Shown here one piece after another: positions 37,291 to 51,960 of a DNA stretch of 62,000 nt. Numbering within the stretch: position 1 is the stretch's first letter; each line of letters opens with the position of its first letter. Position numbers and translations under genes: made by a program. This DNA is from Octopus vulgaris (taxonomy: Eukaryota), in NCBI GenBank assembly GCA_951406725.2, contig OX597818.1, positions 27,858,001-27,920,000 of the forward strand, given 5' to 3'. The notes under the pieces are model-generated. The model made no database searches. It was not told the origin of the DNA and was given only the letters and a program-made list of their open reading frames with translations.

Positions 37291-38199
37291 TAGTGTTTAC
37301 ATTTTGAGGATAAAAATTATACTCATCATTTTTTAGAAAAAATTACTGTAATCAAATACTTGTTAGCACTCAACAAATGTTCCTTGTAGGTGTAATTATT
37401 CTATTGAAAATTATTTAGTTTTGTATGAAGTTCATTGCCGTGTTATTTCATTGTCAAAGAGGATCTTTATTTGTCATTTTAAGTAGGTCATTATTGAGTT
37501 TATAATTCCCAGAAGAATGCATTTTACAGCTTTGTTTCATTCTGTAACCACAACTGAAAAGATTTTGCTAACATCTCTCAATGTTTTGCTTCTCCTCTGG
37601 TTAGCCTGATTTTGTCATTTCTAGCCCTGTTTTTTGTAATAGATTTCTCTATGGTAAATTACTTTTGAAATGAATCTCACAATGATTTTGAATAAAATGT
37701 TTTGTCAATGTTTATAATCAAGATAATAATGAGTCATTTAACAAGGCTGGTAATTATGGTATTAATGTTTGAGAGCGTATTCATTATATATTCAGTAAAT
37801 ACTCTGCCAGACCAAACATACGATTGCTCTCATTAAGTATCTAGTATGTGTGTGAATGTATTAATGTGTGGGGTGCATGCAACTGTATGTGTATTTATGT
37901 ACATATCTATGCATTCCTATACGTATCAACGTCTAAATTTGGCTAAATGGTAATTCTATTCAGTTCATCCGTGGAAGTGAGTTGAATTCTTACCAAAACA
38001 TCTAGATGTCTCACAAGGTAAAACATGGTAAATATTCTTTATTTTTTTTATGTGATATATTTCTCTTACTTCACAAACATAAAGCTATGTCACCAACTAC
38101 TTGTTCAGTTTTTGTACATTGTCAGTTATTAAATATGCAACTTAAATGAAATAAGACTACATTACCTAGGTTCGTGTGTATCTATTTATGATATAGCTA

Positions 38200-38400
38200 T
38201 GCACGCTAGACAAAATGCTTAGCAGTATTTCGCCTGTCGCTACATTCTGAGCTGAAATTCCACTGAGGTCGACTTTGCCTTTCATCCTTTCAGCGTCGAT
38301 AAATTAAGTACCAGTAAAACACTGGGATCGATGTAATTGACTAGTCTCCTCCCCACAAACTGCTGCCCTTGTGGCAAAATTTGAAACCGTTATTATATAA
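38200..38400 (+). mobile_element. SINE (same core as 28484-28670)
   Basis: gaggtcgactttgcctttcatcctttc..gtcgataaattaagtacc. Confidence 0.65.
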
Positions 38401-38689
38401 AGTAATTGCTTTGCTCATTTGTCTCTTCCTGGGTGATTTATATACCACCCATCTGTGACTCAACACTTGTTATATAATGCATGGGTAAATAGATTCCAGT
38501 CTCCCATTCAGTGGCAGCTGACATAGTGAACATTCAATAAAACATTTAAATTTATCTCTTTAGTAAATATTCCATATTTTGTTTATTGGTATATTTGGGT
38601 TTATTCTTTCCTGGTGTGTTGATGTACCCTCTAAGTGAGCTAAGATTGTACTGCATGCATTCATATGCATTTAATCTACTAACAGGCAA

Positions 38690-39400
38690 TAGGTAGTTGT
38701 TAACTAGATGACCTAATTAGTAGAGGAGGTGCATGTTCTGGAAGTATGGTTGCTAAAATTAGAAGCGGCTGAAGTAAGTTCTGGGAGCTATTACCTCTGT
38801 TGGTAACAAAATGTTTCCCTCTCAGATTGATACTGTGTGTGAACAGCAATGCTACATGGAAGTGAAATATGGGCCATAAATGCAGAAGACATGTAAAGGC
38901 TAGAAAGAAATGTGTTGTGTCGTACTCAACACTAAACTGTCTTGCATCATGATGACATACTTCGTTGTCTAACATGACTGGCCTGAATTGTGTCCTTGCC
39001 ATCTGACTCTGCTTTCTGTGTCTGTCCACAATTTATCAGTAGTGGAACAGTCCACTTCTCACTTGGGGGTGTCCTCCACAACAAAATGAAGTTAGCATGT
39101 TCCACTGAATGTGCAAAGTCAATACACATGTACAGCAAAATGCAAATGGATTGAGAGAAAAATTGGGCATAAGAGTCATCATATGTAGTGTACAAGAGAG
39201 AAGACTGCACTGGTATCGTAATGTGATGTACATTGATGAGACCAGCTGTATGAAGAAGTGCAGATTGCTAAATGTGGATGGAATTTATGGAAAAGGGAAA
39301 ACCCACAAAGACATGGTATATAGTAGTGAAGATTGATTTCAGTCTCATGCAAGAGATGACAAAAGCAGAGATGATGGTGACTTGCAGTGCTCAAGAAGAC
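38690..39400 (+). mobile_element. Decayed RTE RT 3' fragment
   Basis: LREKLGIR...VQERRLHWY, homologous to 16795-17031. Confidence 0.7.
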
Positions 39401-40514
39401 ATGCTTATCTCACTGAAAAATTGAGTTCTTAAAAGCATATTGTAAATGATTATAACCACACAACAAATCTATCCCAAACAAATCTTCCCAACAACACATC
39501 TTCCTAATGCCTGCCCCTTCACAACTCTTCTAATTATGGCACTATTTACTCAGCAACTGTAATTATATGAGAACAAAACTGCTCATATTTCATCTAATTT
39601 TGCTTTTGTGCTGCCACTTAATCCTCTTCTTGGAACCACTTCCCTTGCTGCCCATCTTGCATTCACAGTATCATCATTTGCCACTATATTTTGCACTGAA
39701 TGCCTCATTTTCCTGAACACCTTAGCATATCAGCCATTGTTGGGCCCTCCCCACCTTTGTTCATCATTCACCATTTTGACCTCTATGTACATCTGACTTT
39801 CTTCTCTGAACAGTACTTTCCTCTCTACTTCACTCCATACACTTCACATCATCTCCCTATTTTTCTCCATCACTGCCCCTTTATATATTACCACTTATCT
39901 CCTCATCTTCCCTGACTCATTCTTATTTTCCTTCACCTCCTTCCAAACTGAAATTCCCCATTGAATGCTTTCACTCATATTCAACATTCACTATATTCAC
40001 CTCAATCTCCATCTCTAACCATTTGTCACACTCCTTTTATTTATTTGTGAACTTACCCATCCACCCTTCTAGTCCTCTATCCCTATTCTCTCTTATATTC
40101 ACTTTCTTGTACCTTGAAGATATACCCTGACACCTCATCACCACCATTTTCATAACCTAATTGGTTAGGCGATAATAGAATGATAGTAGAAGTGAGAGCA
40201 AGAGAGAGAAATAAATAGATAAAACAATTGGTTGTCCTAAAAGTTGTTGATAAGTTATGTAAGCAAGGTAAAAACAGACTTGGCTTAGTTTTACATCCGC
40301 ATTTACACCATGTGATGTAAATGTAAGACTTGCTGTTGTTGGTAAGTAAATACAATTTAATATTCATAGAAAGCTTGAATACAAGAAAGTGTAACTTTCT
40401 TTATAATTTCAACTGTTCAATAACAAAGTTTAAATTCTGTTTAAAGCTGGATTTTTTACATCTATTTAACTGTCTGATAAAGATGCACAGTAGCTTATGT
40501 TAGCATGCAATATA

Positions 40515-40547
40515 ATATAATATAATATAATATATATATGTATATAC

Positions 40548-40632
<85 letters not shown>
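40515..40632. repeat. (TA)n microsatellite
   Basis: Directly visible. Confidence 0.95.
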
Positions 40633-40640
<8 letters not shown>

Positions 40641-42039
40641 ATACTAGCATACCCGTGTCAACAAAAATGTTGACAGTTTTATTACTGATAGAAAATAGTG
40701 CATCATCACAATGCCAGAAAACATTGATACATGTCGGCAAATCTAGTAAATGTATGTACGTATTCAGAATTGAAGCACTTGAAGAATCAGATATGGTTGT
40801 GACCTCTCAGTTGAAAATATATCCATGTAGTACATGTGTGTGTAATACATGCATAAACATGCGGGCACGCACACACACACACACACACACACACATATGT
40901 ACATGTACATACATAGAGGGACATATACATATATATAAATAAATATATTCTTCATTTTTGGATTTGGTTTGCAAGATTCTTTATGTGAGTTTGTGTGTTG
41001 AAGCATATTTTGTTGTGTCTGGGGAGAGTCATTCTCCTTTAGTGACTTATTATTTAACACACTCACCGGTAAAGTTTCCACTCATTTACTTATATATTTT
41101 TCCTAAAATTTTTGTTGCATCTTGCAACCTTTTCAAAAGTCATTGACTCTGTCTGTCATCTGAGCTGCATTCTTTTTGTTTGTTTATGCCAATGTGTGTG
41201 GGTCAGTGTATGTGTGCATACACATGTATGTATGCATATATGTATGCATGCATGTGTGTATACATGTATGTGCATGTGTGTGCGTATATATATATGTATG
41301 TGTGTACGTTTGTATGTATGTCTTCTGCATATTCATGTGTTTGTGTGTTTGCATGTGTGTGTGTGTACATGTCTGAGTGTGTCTGTGTATGGGTTTTTGT
41401 GACTAGGTACTGTGTCTGAATGTATGGATGTGTGTCTCCCTATCTGTCCTTGTGTGAAGTGAAGTGTGTGTATATGATCACGTGTTTCAGTCTTAATTTG
41501 CATATGTATGTGTGTAAGTCTGCTTCTCTATTTATATTACCTATCTATCTATCCATTTGTATGTCTATCTGTTTACATTTATATCTATTTACCTACATAC
41601 ATATACATATACATATACATACATGGGAAACAAAAAGTTAAAAAAAGAACAATTCAAACTTTTTGAGAAGTCTAAAAAGAGAGAAAATATTGATTTCTAA
41701 TAAAGATCATCATATTTATAAAAAAAAAACAGCCAGAGCAAGTAATAAGAATAGGAAAATAGTAGTTGAAAAATATCGTTATAAATATACCATAAACAAT
41801 TTTTATATAATTGTTTATGATATATTTATACCTATAACAATATTTTTCAACTACATATACTTACACACACACACATATATAATTTAGGAAACTAAAATAA
41901 GTGGAAACTTTATTGGTGAGTGTGTTAAATACTAAGGCACTAAAAGAGAATGAGTCTCCCCAGACACAAGAATATATATATATACAGTAACACAAAGGGG
42001 GAAATTTCGATTATTCCCACGTGGTGAGTTGTAATGCAA

Positions 42040-44649
42040 AAAACATGTATAAGAAATAAAAGAAGGAAACTGCACACAGTTTACATAGTTTTGATATATT
42101 TTATATTGCGTTTGTCAACCAGTTTTGCTTTTGCTAATCATGACATTGAAATTATTGTAATTTCATATTTTTTTAATAAGATTTTAGTTCATGTTGTTTG
42201 TGGAGAAATTTATGAATCAATGATTCAACAAGTAGAAAAATCTAAGGGGGGGTAGGGGGTAGGTAATTGGTGATCGTTATTATTGGGGACAGGGGAGATA
42301 ATTTGGTCGTTTTTTGGCGAGGGAAAATATACACAAAAATTCAAAAGCTAAAGTAGTGAGGAGAAATATGTACAGTGATGGGTATGTAATCATGAATTGA
42401 AATATATACTGAAATTAAAGTTGATTATGCATGCATATTTAGACATGTTCTATATATTTTGATGGACAAATTTTCTTTATTTAAACGTTCTTGTATAGAA
42501 ATTGTTTCTTTGCACTGACAGAAGGAGGAAACTGTGAAGTTTGGTTGGATATTACCTGCACATCTCTCTATGTGTTCACTCAAAGGCATTTGTCTGTATT
42601 GCAGGAACTGGATCTGCTTTTTATGTAGTGATTCTCTGTCTCAGTGTCATACTAGTCTGTCCTATATAGGTATGTCTATAAACTGAGCAAGTAATAACAT
42701 AAATTATATTCTAGGAGGCACAAGGGAAGTTGGTTTAATTGTGAACCTCTCTCCTTGTTTGAAAAGGAATTCTGAGCCTTCAAGTAGGTTGCAGCATGTT
42801 CCCCAGTTTGGGTGTCCACATTTTTCAACCATTAGTTGTGTAAAGTTTCGCATTTGTTAGAAGTCTCTTTAGCAATTTGTGTTGTTTTTTACATTTGATG
42901 AATTTATGTGTTTTCAGAATGTTGTTCATTTTTGGATCTCTGGTTAGCATAGGAAGATTTTGTACATTGTTTCTAGGGTTGTGACTTGATATATTCAGTA
43001 GCATTTTGAGATGATGTGTAGTATTATGTTTTGCTGTCTTTAGTGTTTTTATGTCTAATTTCTTAGCATGCTTAGTTCTATCATCTATAACTGAGGGTGG
43101 ATATTGTCCTTCAGTTAGTGTTGTTCTGAGGTCTTGAAGATGAAAGTCCTGAGTAGTTCAATCAAACACTATTGTGAAAATCATCATCATCATCATCATT
43201 ATCATCAGCATCGTTTAACGTCCGCTTTCCATGCTGGCATGGGTTGGATGATTTAACTGAGGACTGGCAAACCAGATGGCTGCACCAAGCTCAAATCTGA
43301 TCTGGCAGGGTTTCTACAGCTGGATGCTCTAACTAACGCCAACCACTCCAAGTGTTGTGGGTATTTTCACATGCCACTGGCACGAGGGCCAGTCAGGCAG
43401 TACTGGCAACAGCCACGCTCAAATGGTGTTTTTTACATGCTACCTGCACAGAAGCCAGTCCATCCTTTTTGCTAAATTAAATAGGATACTTACTTTGATG
43501 TGTTGGTGGCATGAGCTAAACAGGAGATATTTCTTCGAGTCTGTTGGTTTATGATAGATCTCAGTTATAATTTGGTTGTTGACTTTTTTTTATCAAAATA
43601 TCCAAAAAGGGGGCGGGGCTGTTCTTTGCTATATTCCATTGTGAATTGAATGCTAGGACTTATATTATTTAGTATTGATTTGGATTTCAAAAGTTTATCA
43701 GTGGTCTCCTTCCAAATGATAAAACAGTCTTCAAGGTATCTTCCAGTTCTCTCTTATATAATAGTGAAATGGATATCCATATTTATGCAGTGACACCTCA
43801 TATATGATGAATTCAAAATAACCCATTATTAGGTTCACAAGAACAAGGGCTGCTTTCGTTCCCATCACATTTCCACATTTTTGAAGATAGTAGGTGTCAT
43901 CAAATAAGAAATAAATGTTCTGTAGTATAAATTTTAAAAATTCAATAATAAAGACCTGATTTATGCTTTCCGGAAGTATTTCGAGGTACTTTTCAAATCA
44001 GAATTTGATTTCTTCTATTCCATAGTCATGTGGAATGTTTGTTTAAAAGTTAATAACGTCGAAGGAAACCAATAATGCCTCTTCATTGGTTGTTTTTGGT
44101 AGGTGCTCTAACATATTTAGATCACCTCTAATGAAACTTTTGATGTATTTCAGCAAAGGTTTCAGAAGGATGTGTAGAAAATTGCTTAGGTGGTGAGTTT
44201 CACAGGCTGGGCCAGCTATAATGGGTCTTCTGGTGCTTGGATATTTATGCATTTGCCTGGTGATTGTTTGCAGGCTTCATTAACTATCTTGCTCTTGTGT
44301 ATTTTAGGTAGGCCATAAAACAGACTAGGTTTACATTTAAATTCGTAATATAATCTATTTCTTTTTCTGTTAGGCCGTTTCTATGTAGCAAAAAATGACC
44401 AATTACCTCCCCTGTCCCCAATAATAACGATCACCAATTACCTTCCCTTAAATTTTTCTACTTGTTGAATCAGTCATTCGTAATTTTCTCCACACACAGC
44501 ATAGTCTAAAATCTTGTTAAGAAAATACGAAATTACAATAATTTCAATGTCATGATGAGCAAAAGTGAAACCAGTCAACAAACAATCTAAAATATATTAA
44601 AAGATGTATTAAAACTGTGTAAACTGTGTGCATTTTCCTTCTTTTATTT

Positions 44650-44655
<6 letters not shown>
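42040..44655 (-). mobile_element. Penelope-like element with inverted terminal copies (~42040-42320 and ~44390-44655), interrupted by an RTE tail at 43183-43450
   Basis: RPIIAGP..LLVSFDV RT motifs; YIGQT (GIY-YIG) near 42660; inverted flanks carry hammerhead-like motifs. Confidence 0.8.
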
Positions 44656-44681
<26 letters not shown>

Positions 44682-44685
<4 letters not shown>

Positions 44686-45870
44686 TTTCACTTTGACCGA
44701 CCAGTCCGTCAGGCGTCCATTTGACACCGCTGGTCACAGCACGCTGTCCACTCCTCTCTGGATCACACCTTTCTCATCCACGTGATCCCAATCGTCCTCT
44801 TGAAATCGTCACTCCACCATCGTGGAGGTCTTCTGGGTGGTCTTTTCCGCTCACGCGGGTACCACTCGACAACTGCGTGCGTCCACCGATTATCGGTGAG
44901 CCGGGCGACATGTCCAGCCCATCTATACTTGCTGTGAGTATACTCTGCGATGACATCTCTCACGCCGGACTTCTTTCTGATGATCTTGTTATTTATGTGC
45001 TCTCTCAACGAGATACCAAGCGTTGACCTTTCCATGGCTCTTTGAGCCGTTACCAGTCTTTGCTCTTCTCTCTTTGTGGTAGCCCATGTTTCACTACCAT
45101 ATAACATTGCAGGCAGAACTGCACTGTTAATGAGGTTGGCACGGGTGGTCCTGTCCAACCTTCCCTTGAGCACATCCCTTATGCCATTGAACGCCTTCCA
45201 TCCGGCCCTTACTCTCCGTGAGATCTCCTTTTTGATATCCCGGCGCATATTTACTTCCGGTCCCAGGTAGACATATTCTCTCACCTCCTCTATTTCATCA
45301 CTGCCGATCACTATTCGACCTGTTGGTACGTTATCTGACCGCATGAACTTTGTTTTCATGCGGTTCATCTTGAGACCTACTGCAGAACTTTTGATGTTGA
45401 GCTCCGTCAGCATGGTCTGAAGCTGATCCATGTTTTCAGCAATGAGTATGATGTCGTCAATGAAACGGAGGTGAGTGAGGAGCTTGCCATTGATGTTGAC
45501 ACCACCTTGCCATTCGATGCCTCTGATGATCTGTTTGAGACATGCAGTGAAAAGTTTTGGGGAGATTGTATCTCCTTGCTTCACTCCCTTCTCGACCTGC
45601 ACTCGTATGGGTGATGACAGTAGAGCTATGTCGGTGGTGCATCTGGAATTTGCCTCTCTGAGCAGCTGCACATATTGCGCTTCGATTCCTTGCCTCAGCT
45701 GTGAGTTCAGCACTGTGTTGGTTTCAACGCTATCGAAGGCCTTCTCATAATCTATAAACGCAATGCAAAGAGGCAGCTTGTACTCATTTGCTCGCTCAAG
45801 CAGTTGTGTTAGAGCAAATATATGGTCCATTGAGCTGTAGTTCTTCCGGAAGCCTGCTTGCTCCCTCGGT
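44682..45870 (-). mobile_element. Young 5'-truncated RTE LINE with an uninterrupted 355-aa RT ORF
   Basis: EQAGFR, AFIDYEKAFDSV, KGVKQGDTISPKLF, LRFIDDI, MLYGSETW, WAGHVAR; (AAGTG)n-like tail; embedded in (TA)n. Confidence 0.92.
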
Positions 45871-45903
45871 TATATACATACATATATATATACATATATA
45901 CAT

Positions 45904-45954
<51 letters not shown>

Positions 45955-46396
45955 CACACACAAATACATATACATATCAAATGGAAATTGCAGTTATGAT
46001 ACCTGTACGTAAAAAGCACCATCCGAATGTGGCCGAAGCTTCTGTGCTGGTGGCACATGACCTGCTGTGCTTGAGGAGACCTATTGAGTCAAGTACATCA
46101 ACATCAACATCAAAATAAATATCAAATGGAAATTGTAGTTGTGATACCTGTGCCGGTGGCACGTAAAAAGCATCATCTGAACGCGGCCAATGCCTGGCTT
46201 CTGTGCTGGTGGCACATAAAAAGCATCCACTACACTCACGGAGTGGTTGGCGTTAGGAAGGGTATCCAGCTGTAGAAACACTGCCAGATCAGACTGGAGC
46301 CTGGTGCAGCCTTCTGGCTTTCTCGGCCCCGGTCAAACCGTCCAAACCGTGCTAGCATGGAAAATGGATGTTAAACAATGATGATGATGATGTGTG

Positions 46397-46482
<86 letters not shown>

Positions 46483-46589
46483 CATATATACATATATTTA
46501 TAAATAAATAAATATATATACATATATATTCTCTTATTCCTTTATATGTTTCAGCCTTGAGGTAGTGGCTATGCTGGAGCATTGCTATT

Positions 46590-48510
46590 GTAATTACCTA
46601 TTAATTGGCCAATTCTATCTGTTTGGCTCCTGGTGACAGAAGGAGTTTGATATTGCTGCCCTCTTTTGAGTTTCTTGCCTTAATATTGGTTCATCTGGGA
46701 TCTTGGATAGTAAGAGGCCAAGTGTTTTCTTGAAAACATTTACTCCCACTCCATGGAAGTCCCTCAGATATTTTGGCAAGGAGTTAAATAGCTGTGGGCT
46801 CTTGAATCCAAAGCTATTGCAGTATATGGCCCTCACCCTAGATGAGACATCTGGGACTTTTGGAACAGTGCAGTAACATTCATTTCAAGGTCTGGTATAA
46901 CTCACAATTCCAAAGTTTGGTGCCAGCCCCTCCTGTATCTTCCATGCATATATCACTGCATACCTCTCCGATCTTCACTCCAGGGAATAGAATCATAGCT
47001 CTTTCAGTCTCTCCCAGTAGCTCAGTTGTTCCATTGATGCAGTCTTCCTCGTGTTGTATCTCTGAACCATCTCAAGTTCTGCTATTAATCCTACAGTGTA
47101 GGGTGACTATTGTTGAGAGCAGTAGTCCAGATGGCTGAGGACAAATGTCCTCCATAGGACCAGCATAGTTTCCTGTTCCCTTGTTCTGAAGGTTCTCAGA
47201 ATCCATCTGGCCATTTGCCTGCACACTGCCACCATCTTGGTGACAAGCATGTGAAATAAGGCACCGTTGCTCATATCAATCCCAAGACCATGCACCGTAT
47301 GTGATTCTAGGTTTTCTGCTCCTTTTGGTCCAAAGTATCGCTGGTGTGACTTCTGAACAACAAATAACTGGTAGCGGAGGGCTTGGAATTTGCCTGCATT
47401 AAATTACATGCTGTTGTCCTCAGCCCATTTATATATGGCATCTAGGTCTTTCTGTAGAAGCCTAGCATCAGAAGGTTTCTCGACTGCTTGTACTACTTTT
47501 GTGCCATCGGCATAGCTAGTAAGTGTGGCTATGTAACTGAAAGAGCCACCATGAACAGTAGTGGCCCCAATACAGTTCTTTGAGGCACTACACTTTCTAT
47601 TAATGTCTCTGTGAAGAGGGCTCCATTGGCTGCAACAGCCTAGCTTCTGTCTTTTAAGAAGTCATGCAGCCACTCTCCAATTTCCCCAGTTATGCTGAGT
47701 CTCTGTAGTTTGTGACATATCATCCCATGATCAACCTTATCAAAGGCCTTCCCAAAGTAAAGCTATATCACATCTACATTTGAGCGATTCATTAATTGTT
47801 TCAACATCCAGTCATAGTGTTTAAAAAGCTGTGTAAGGCAGCTTCTGTCTGAGTGAAAGCCATGCTGCATATCAGGAAGCAAATCATTATCTTCAAGAAA
47901 TGCAATTATTTTCTTCCTGACAATGTGCTCCATGACTTTGCTGATATGGTAAGTTAGAGAGACAGATCTATAATTCTTAAAGTCTGCTCTGCTACCTCCT
48001 TTAATGCCTTCCTTTAACTTTTTGGAAAGCCTCCCTGTTGTGAGGAAACTCTGAAAGAGAATCTGAAGTGGTCTAGCTAGACCCCCTTTGCATTTCTTTA
48101 GGAGGATTGTTGGGAATCCATTAGGGCTTGTTGCTGAGTTTGAGCTCATCTCATCAATGGCTGATATCACATCAGTTTCCTATACGTTGATGCTTTCAAT
48201 AATTGTCATTTTTTGTGTAGATCTGTGGAGCCAAAGAACTCATCAGGCATAGCTACTTGCAAGAGTTCCAGTGGAGTTGTGAAAGCACTCTTGTATTGTT
48301 CATTCAATATTTCACTGATCCTCTGGGGGTCTGCAGTCAGTGAGCCATTTTCTTCAAGTATTGGCCCTATTTTGTACCATACTGAAGCAGCTTCTTTTGT
48401 ATATCTATAGAAGGATTTAGGGGTTGTCTTAATATTTTTAACAGCTCTGGCCTCCTTTTCTACCCTCTCCTTTTCATGGGAGCATTTGAGTTCAATTTCG
48501 ATCTCAAACA
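46590..48510 (-). mobile_element. Decayed CR1-group LINE RT
   Basis: NYRSVSLT..SKVMEH, QHGF..RSCLTQL, KAFDKVDH, LDYCSQ motifs. Confidence 0.85.
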
Positions 48511-48539
48511 ATGTTCGTTTGCGGTAGGATTGTTTGTTA

Positions 48540-49478
48540 TCCTTTAGTGGCCTATTTAGATGATTTGAGATTTTTGCTCATCATCTCCTATCCCTGCTGT
48601 CTTGGCATTCTCTCTGGGATGATGATGGGTGCCTGTGAGGATGGTGGTGTTGAAGAGGTAGGAGCAAGTGTGGCAGCATGGGAACAAGCCAGGTTTGGAG
48701 GTGGGGTTAGGGAAGAAACTGTGGACCAGGAGGCCACACAGGTTGTGGGCTCATTTGAAAGTGGGAAGGGGTAAGTTGGGGAAGATGTGCGAAGTGGAGG
48801 GGTCAGATTGGAGTCTCCAAAAAGGCTTGGAGAATGGTACATTGGAGGGGTAGGGTGGAGGGGTAGTAAATGAGGGGAAACAGGAGATGACAATGGTGGG
48901 GCAGGTCTGTGGAGAGAGAGAGCAGAGGCACCGTCCATGGAACATGCTCTGGCATGGGTGGTGTGGATAGTGGTGAGGGGATGCCCATGAAGGATGAAGT
49001 AGTGAGCCATTAGTTGAGACTGAGTCTCAAAGTCATGATTGCCACTGCAGAGCCTGCGCAAATGGAGGAATTGGGAGTAGGTGATAGAGAGCTTGGTTCG
49101 AGTAGGGTGGGAGGAGGAGAAGATGAGGTATGAGTGTGAGTCAGTGTGTTTGTAGTGGATGGAGGTAGTGAGTGCGGAGTTGTTTATATTGACCAAAATG
49201 TCAAGAAAGGTGACGGAAGTGTTGGAAATGGTGCAGGAGAATTCAAGGACAGGGTGGAAGCACTGGACAAAAGAGAGGAAGGAGTCTAGTTGTTTGCAGA
49301 AGAGTGAGCTTGCACTGATACAATCATCAATATAATGATTGTATAGTTCAGGAATGGGATCGATGGATCTTGAAAATATTTGGGTCTCAATGTAGCCAAT
49401 GAACAGGTTCACATAGTTGGGACCCATTCTCATTCTCATGGCCACTCCTGAAGACAAATTCACTGCAGTTAGCACAGA
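48540..49478 (-). mobile_element. Penelope-like element RT fragment
   Basis: GVAM..RMGPNYVNLF, YIDDC, VTFLDI, IHYKHTDSHSYL, SQFLHLRRLCS. Confidence 0.85.
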
Positions 49479-49894
49479 GAAAAAATAGTAAAAAGTTGTA
49501 AAAATGTCCTATCTATCCATTGCTACTATCCCAGATGTGTTTCTAGCTCTTTAGCTGTTATTGATAGGAAATAGTAAAGATACTGGTGAATTTTGTATAT
49601 ATATCATGGACTCTCCCTTTGTTAGATGATGTATTAAGGTTTGGTAATTTCTTGCCGAACAACCACACAGATGATTTGTAGTGATCAAATGTTTGTGTAC
49701 ACAGAAGCTTACCCCTTCATCAAATTGACATTACCTGTACAGGTGCAGCATGTGCCACATGTCAGATGATGAAATGATCACAGAAGAACCTGAAATGAAG
49801 TGCTTTGCTCAAAAACACAATGTAATGCCCAGTCTGGGACCCAGGAACTCACAATCATGAGTGCAACAACCTAACCATTAAGCCATGTGCCTTC

Positions 49895-49937
<43 letters not shown>

Positions 49938-50399
49938 GTATGGGGTAAAAGTCTTAGGTCTTGGTTGAGTGTAAAGGTAGGTAATTTTCAAAGAAGCATT
50001 CAGCTCAAATACTGGGCTATCAACACTGTCAGATTCCAGGCCAATGTCCAAATTCCTCAGTTGTAGATAATCCTTATTTCATGACAATCACATCATAAAG
50101 TGAGTTTGGTGAAGAGTAAATTCTAATCAAAATGATAAAACAAAGAAAATTCTTTAACACATCTTTAATGATTTGTTACAATTGTTTCTGTACCAACTCT
50201 GTTTGCAATGCCTTCAGTTGGTTATCCACTTGTCATCCTCAGTTGGTTATCTTGTAAAAATTTCATGTTGTTCTCTATGTTATATGTCTCTATGTCCTCC
50301 TCCTTCTCATCAAATGCTTCAATTAGAACATCTCTAAATCTGTGACTCTGTAAAGCCCTAAAGTATAAAGTCACTAACTACTAACATATGTTGAGTTAT

Positions 50400-50990
50400 G
50401 CAATCTCAACCAGAGAAGAACTTCACATTCATTGGCATCTGCTTGCCCCTGTTTCTGGTGAGAAGTTATCTGGTTTATGAGCCCTCCAGATCAATAAGTT
50501 GCTAGCTGGTTTTCTGAAGTTAGTGTTCTTTATTTCTAGTACCAAATCCATAACAACTATGCATACCATGAAATCCATTGGAATGCTTCCCAACATATCC
50601 ATTGAAGTCATCAACCATGATTAATAAGTTCACTTTCTTTTGTTGTTGAGGTATTCTGCAAAAGGGACTCATAGAAATGGTCCTCTGTTCATTGTCAGGC
50701 CAGTGTGGGGAGTATATGCAGAGATAAATGTCACTGTCACATTATACGACTAGTCTTAGCCTAATAATGCTATAACACACTCTGAGTACATTGATCACCT
50801 TATCCATTTCCAGCCGAAAGTATACTATACTATCGAACTCATCATTACTGCTTACCCAAAAGAATTTATATCTATATTCCTTGCCCACAAGCAATCTAGC
50901 TGAGGCTCCCTTCCATCACGCCTCTTGTACACAGCACATATATACATGTCTCCACTCTATCATTTCAATAATCTCACAATAATTCCCTTT
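50400..50990 (-). mobile_element. Decayed RTE endonuclease fragment
   Basis: Homologous to 1400-2000, reverse orientation. Confidence 0.6.
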
Positions 50991-51039
50991 CACTTATAGA
51001 AGCTATAAATTTGCAAGTTGGGAAGATTCTAGTGTATTT

Positions 51040-51760
51040 TAAAGCACTGTCATTAAAAAAGTTACATTCGAAGAATAATCCATGTCCTTACTGAAGTTAA
51101 TCCAAACTGGAGAATAGAGTTCTGGGAATGATATTTGGAAAATGCTCATTTTCCTACAAAAAATGTTTGATGTGATGAGACTACATTTAATTTAAAGGGT
51201 TCAATTAATTATTACAATCGACTCTCCCAGGGATCTGTGAATTCACAAATGAGAATTCATTTTAATTTATCAGGTTTAGAGCACAATGCAGCTTATCATC
51301 AAAAGAATTGGACAATACTTTTTTGACAGTATTGTGACTGGTGTTATTTACTTGAACTTGTGATAATCTGTTTGCTAAGCAGTAAAGAGTACCTTGAAGT
51401 TGTGGAGTTTTATTTCCAGCAAGATGGGGAACATCCACATCATCATAGTAATGTAAGGACCTACCTTGATAAGATTTTGCCAAACTGGTGGATTGGATGA
51501 AGATGTTCAGCAGAATACTCTCCACATTCATCAGATCTCTCACTACTAGACCGACCTCTTTTTTGTATAGGGATACTTAAAAGATAAGAATGTCCACATA
51601 TACCAAATGAAATGCTTCTGGAGGTTTGCAATTCCATTGTACTGTGTTATCACCAGTGCTTGGACCAGAATGGTCATCTGTTGGAAGGCATGTGCTCATA
51701 AAACAATTTAATTCTCTCTGCAGATTCTATCCAATTTTGGAAATGAAATGTATTTTAATA
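51040..51760 (+). mobile_element. Decayed Tc1/mariner-superfamily transposase (FQQDG..PH..VR.YLD...WIG...SPDL type)
   Basis: FYFQQDG, VRTYLD, WWIG, SPHSSDL remnants. Confidence 0.6.
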
Positions 51761-51824
51761 AATATTGACTTTATAGTCAATGTGTGAACATTTGTTTGGT
51801 ACTTCTGTGTGTGAACAAACACAT

Positions 51825-51831
51825 ACATACA

Positions 51832-51862
<31 letters not shown>

Positions 51863-51960
51863 CATACATACATACATACATACATACATACATACATACA
51901 CACACACACATACATACATTACATACATACATACATACATACACACACATACATACATAC
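51825..51960. repeat. (TACA)n microsatellite
   Basis: Directly visible. Confidence 0.95.

Noticed and set aside
37729-37794. Signal-peptide-like ORF MSHLTRLVIMVLMFESVFIIYS followed by gtaaat
   Set aside because: Phase-0 donor does not fit the Ig exon; 56843 is a better candidate.
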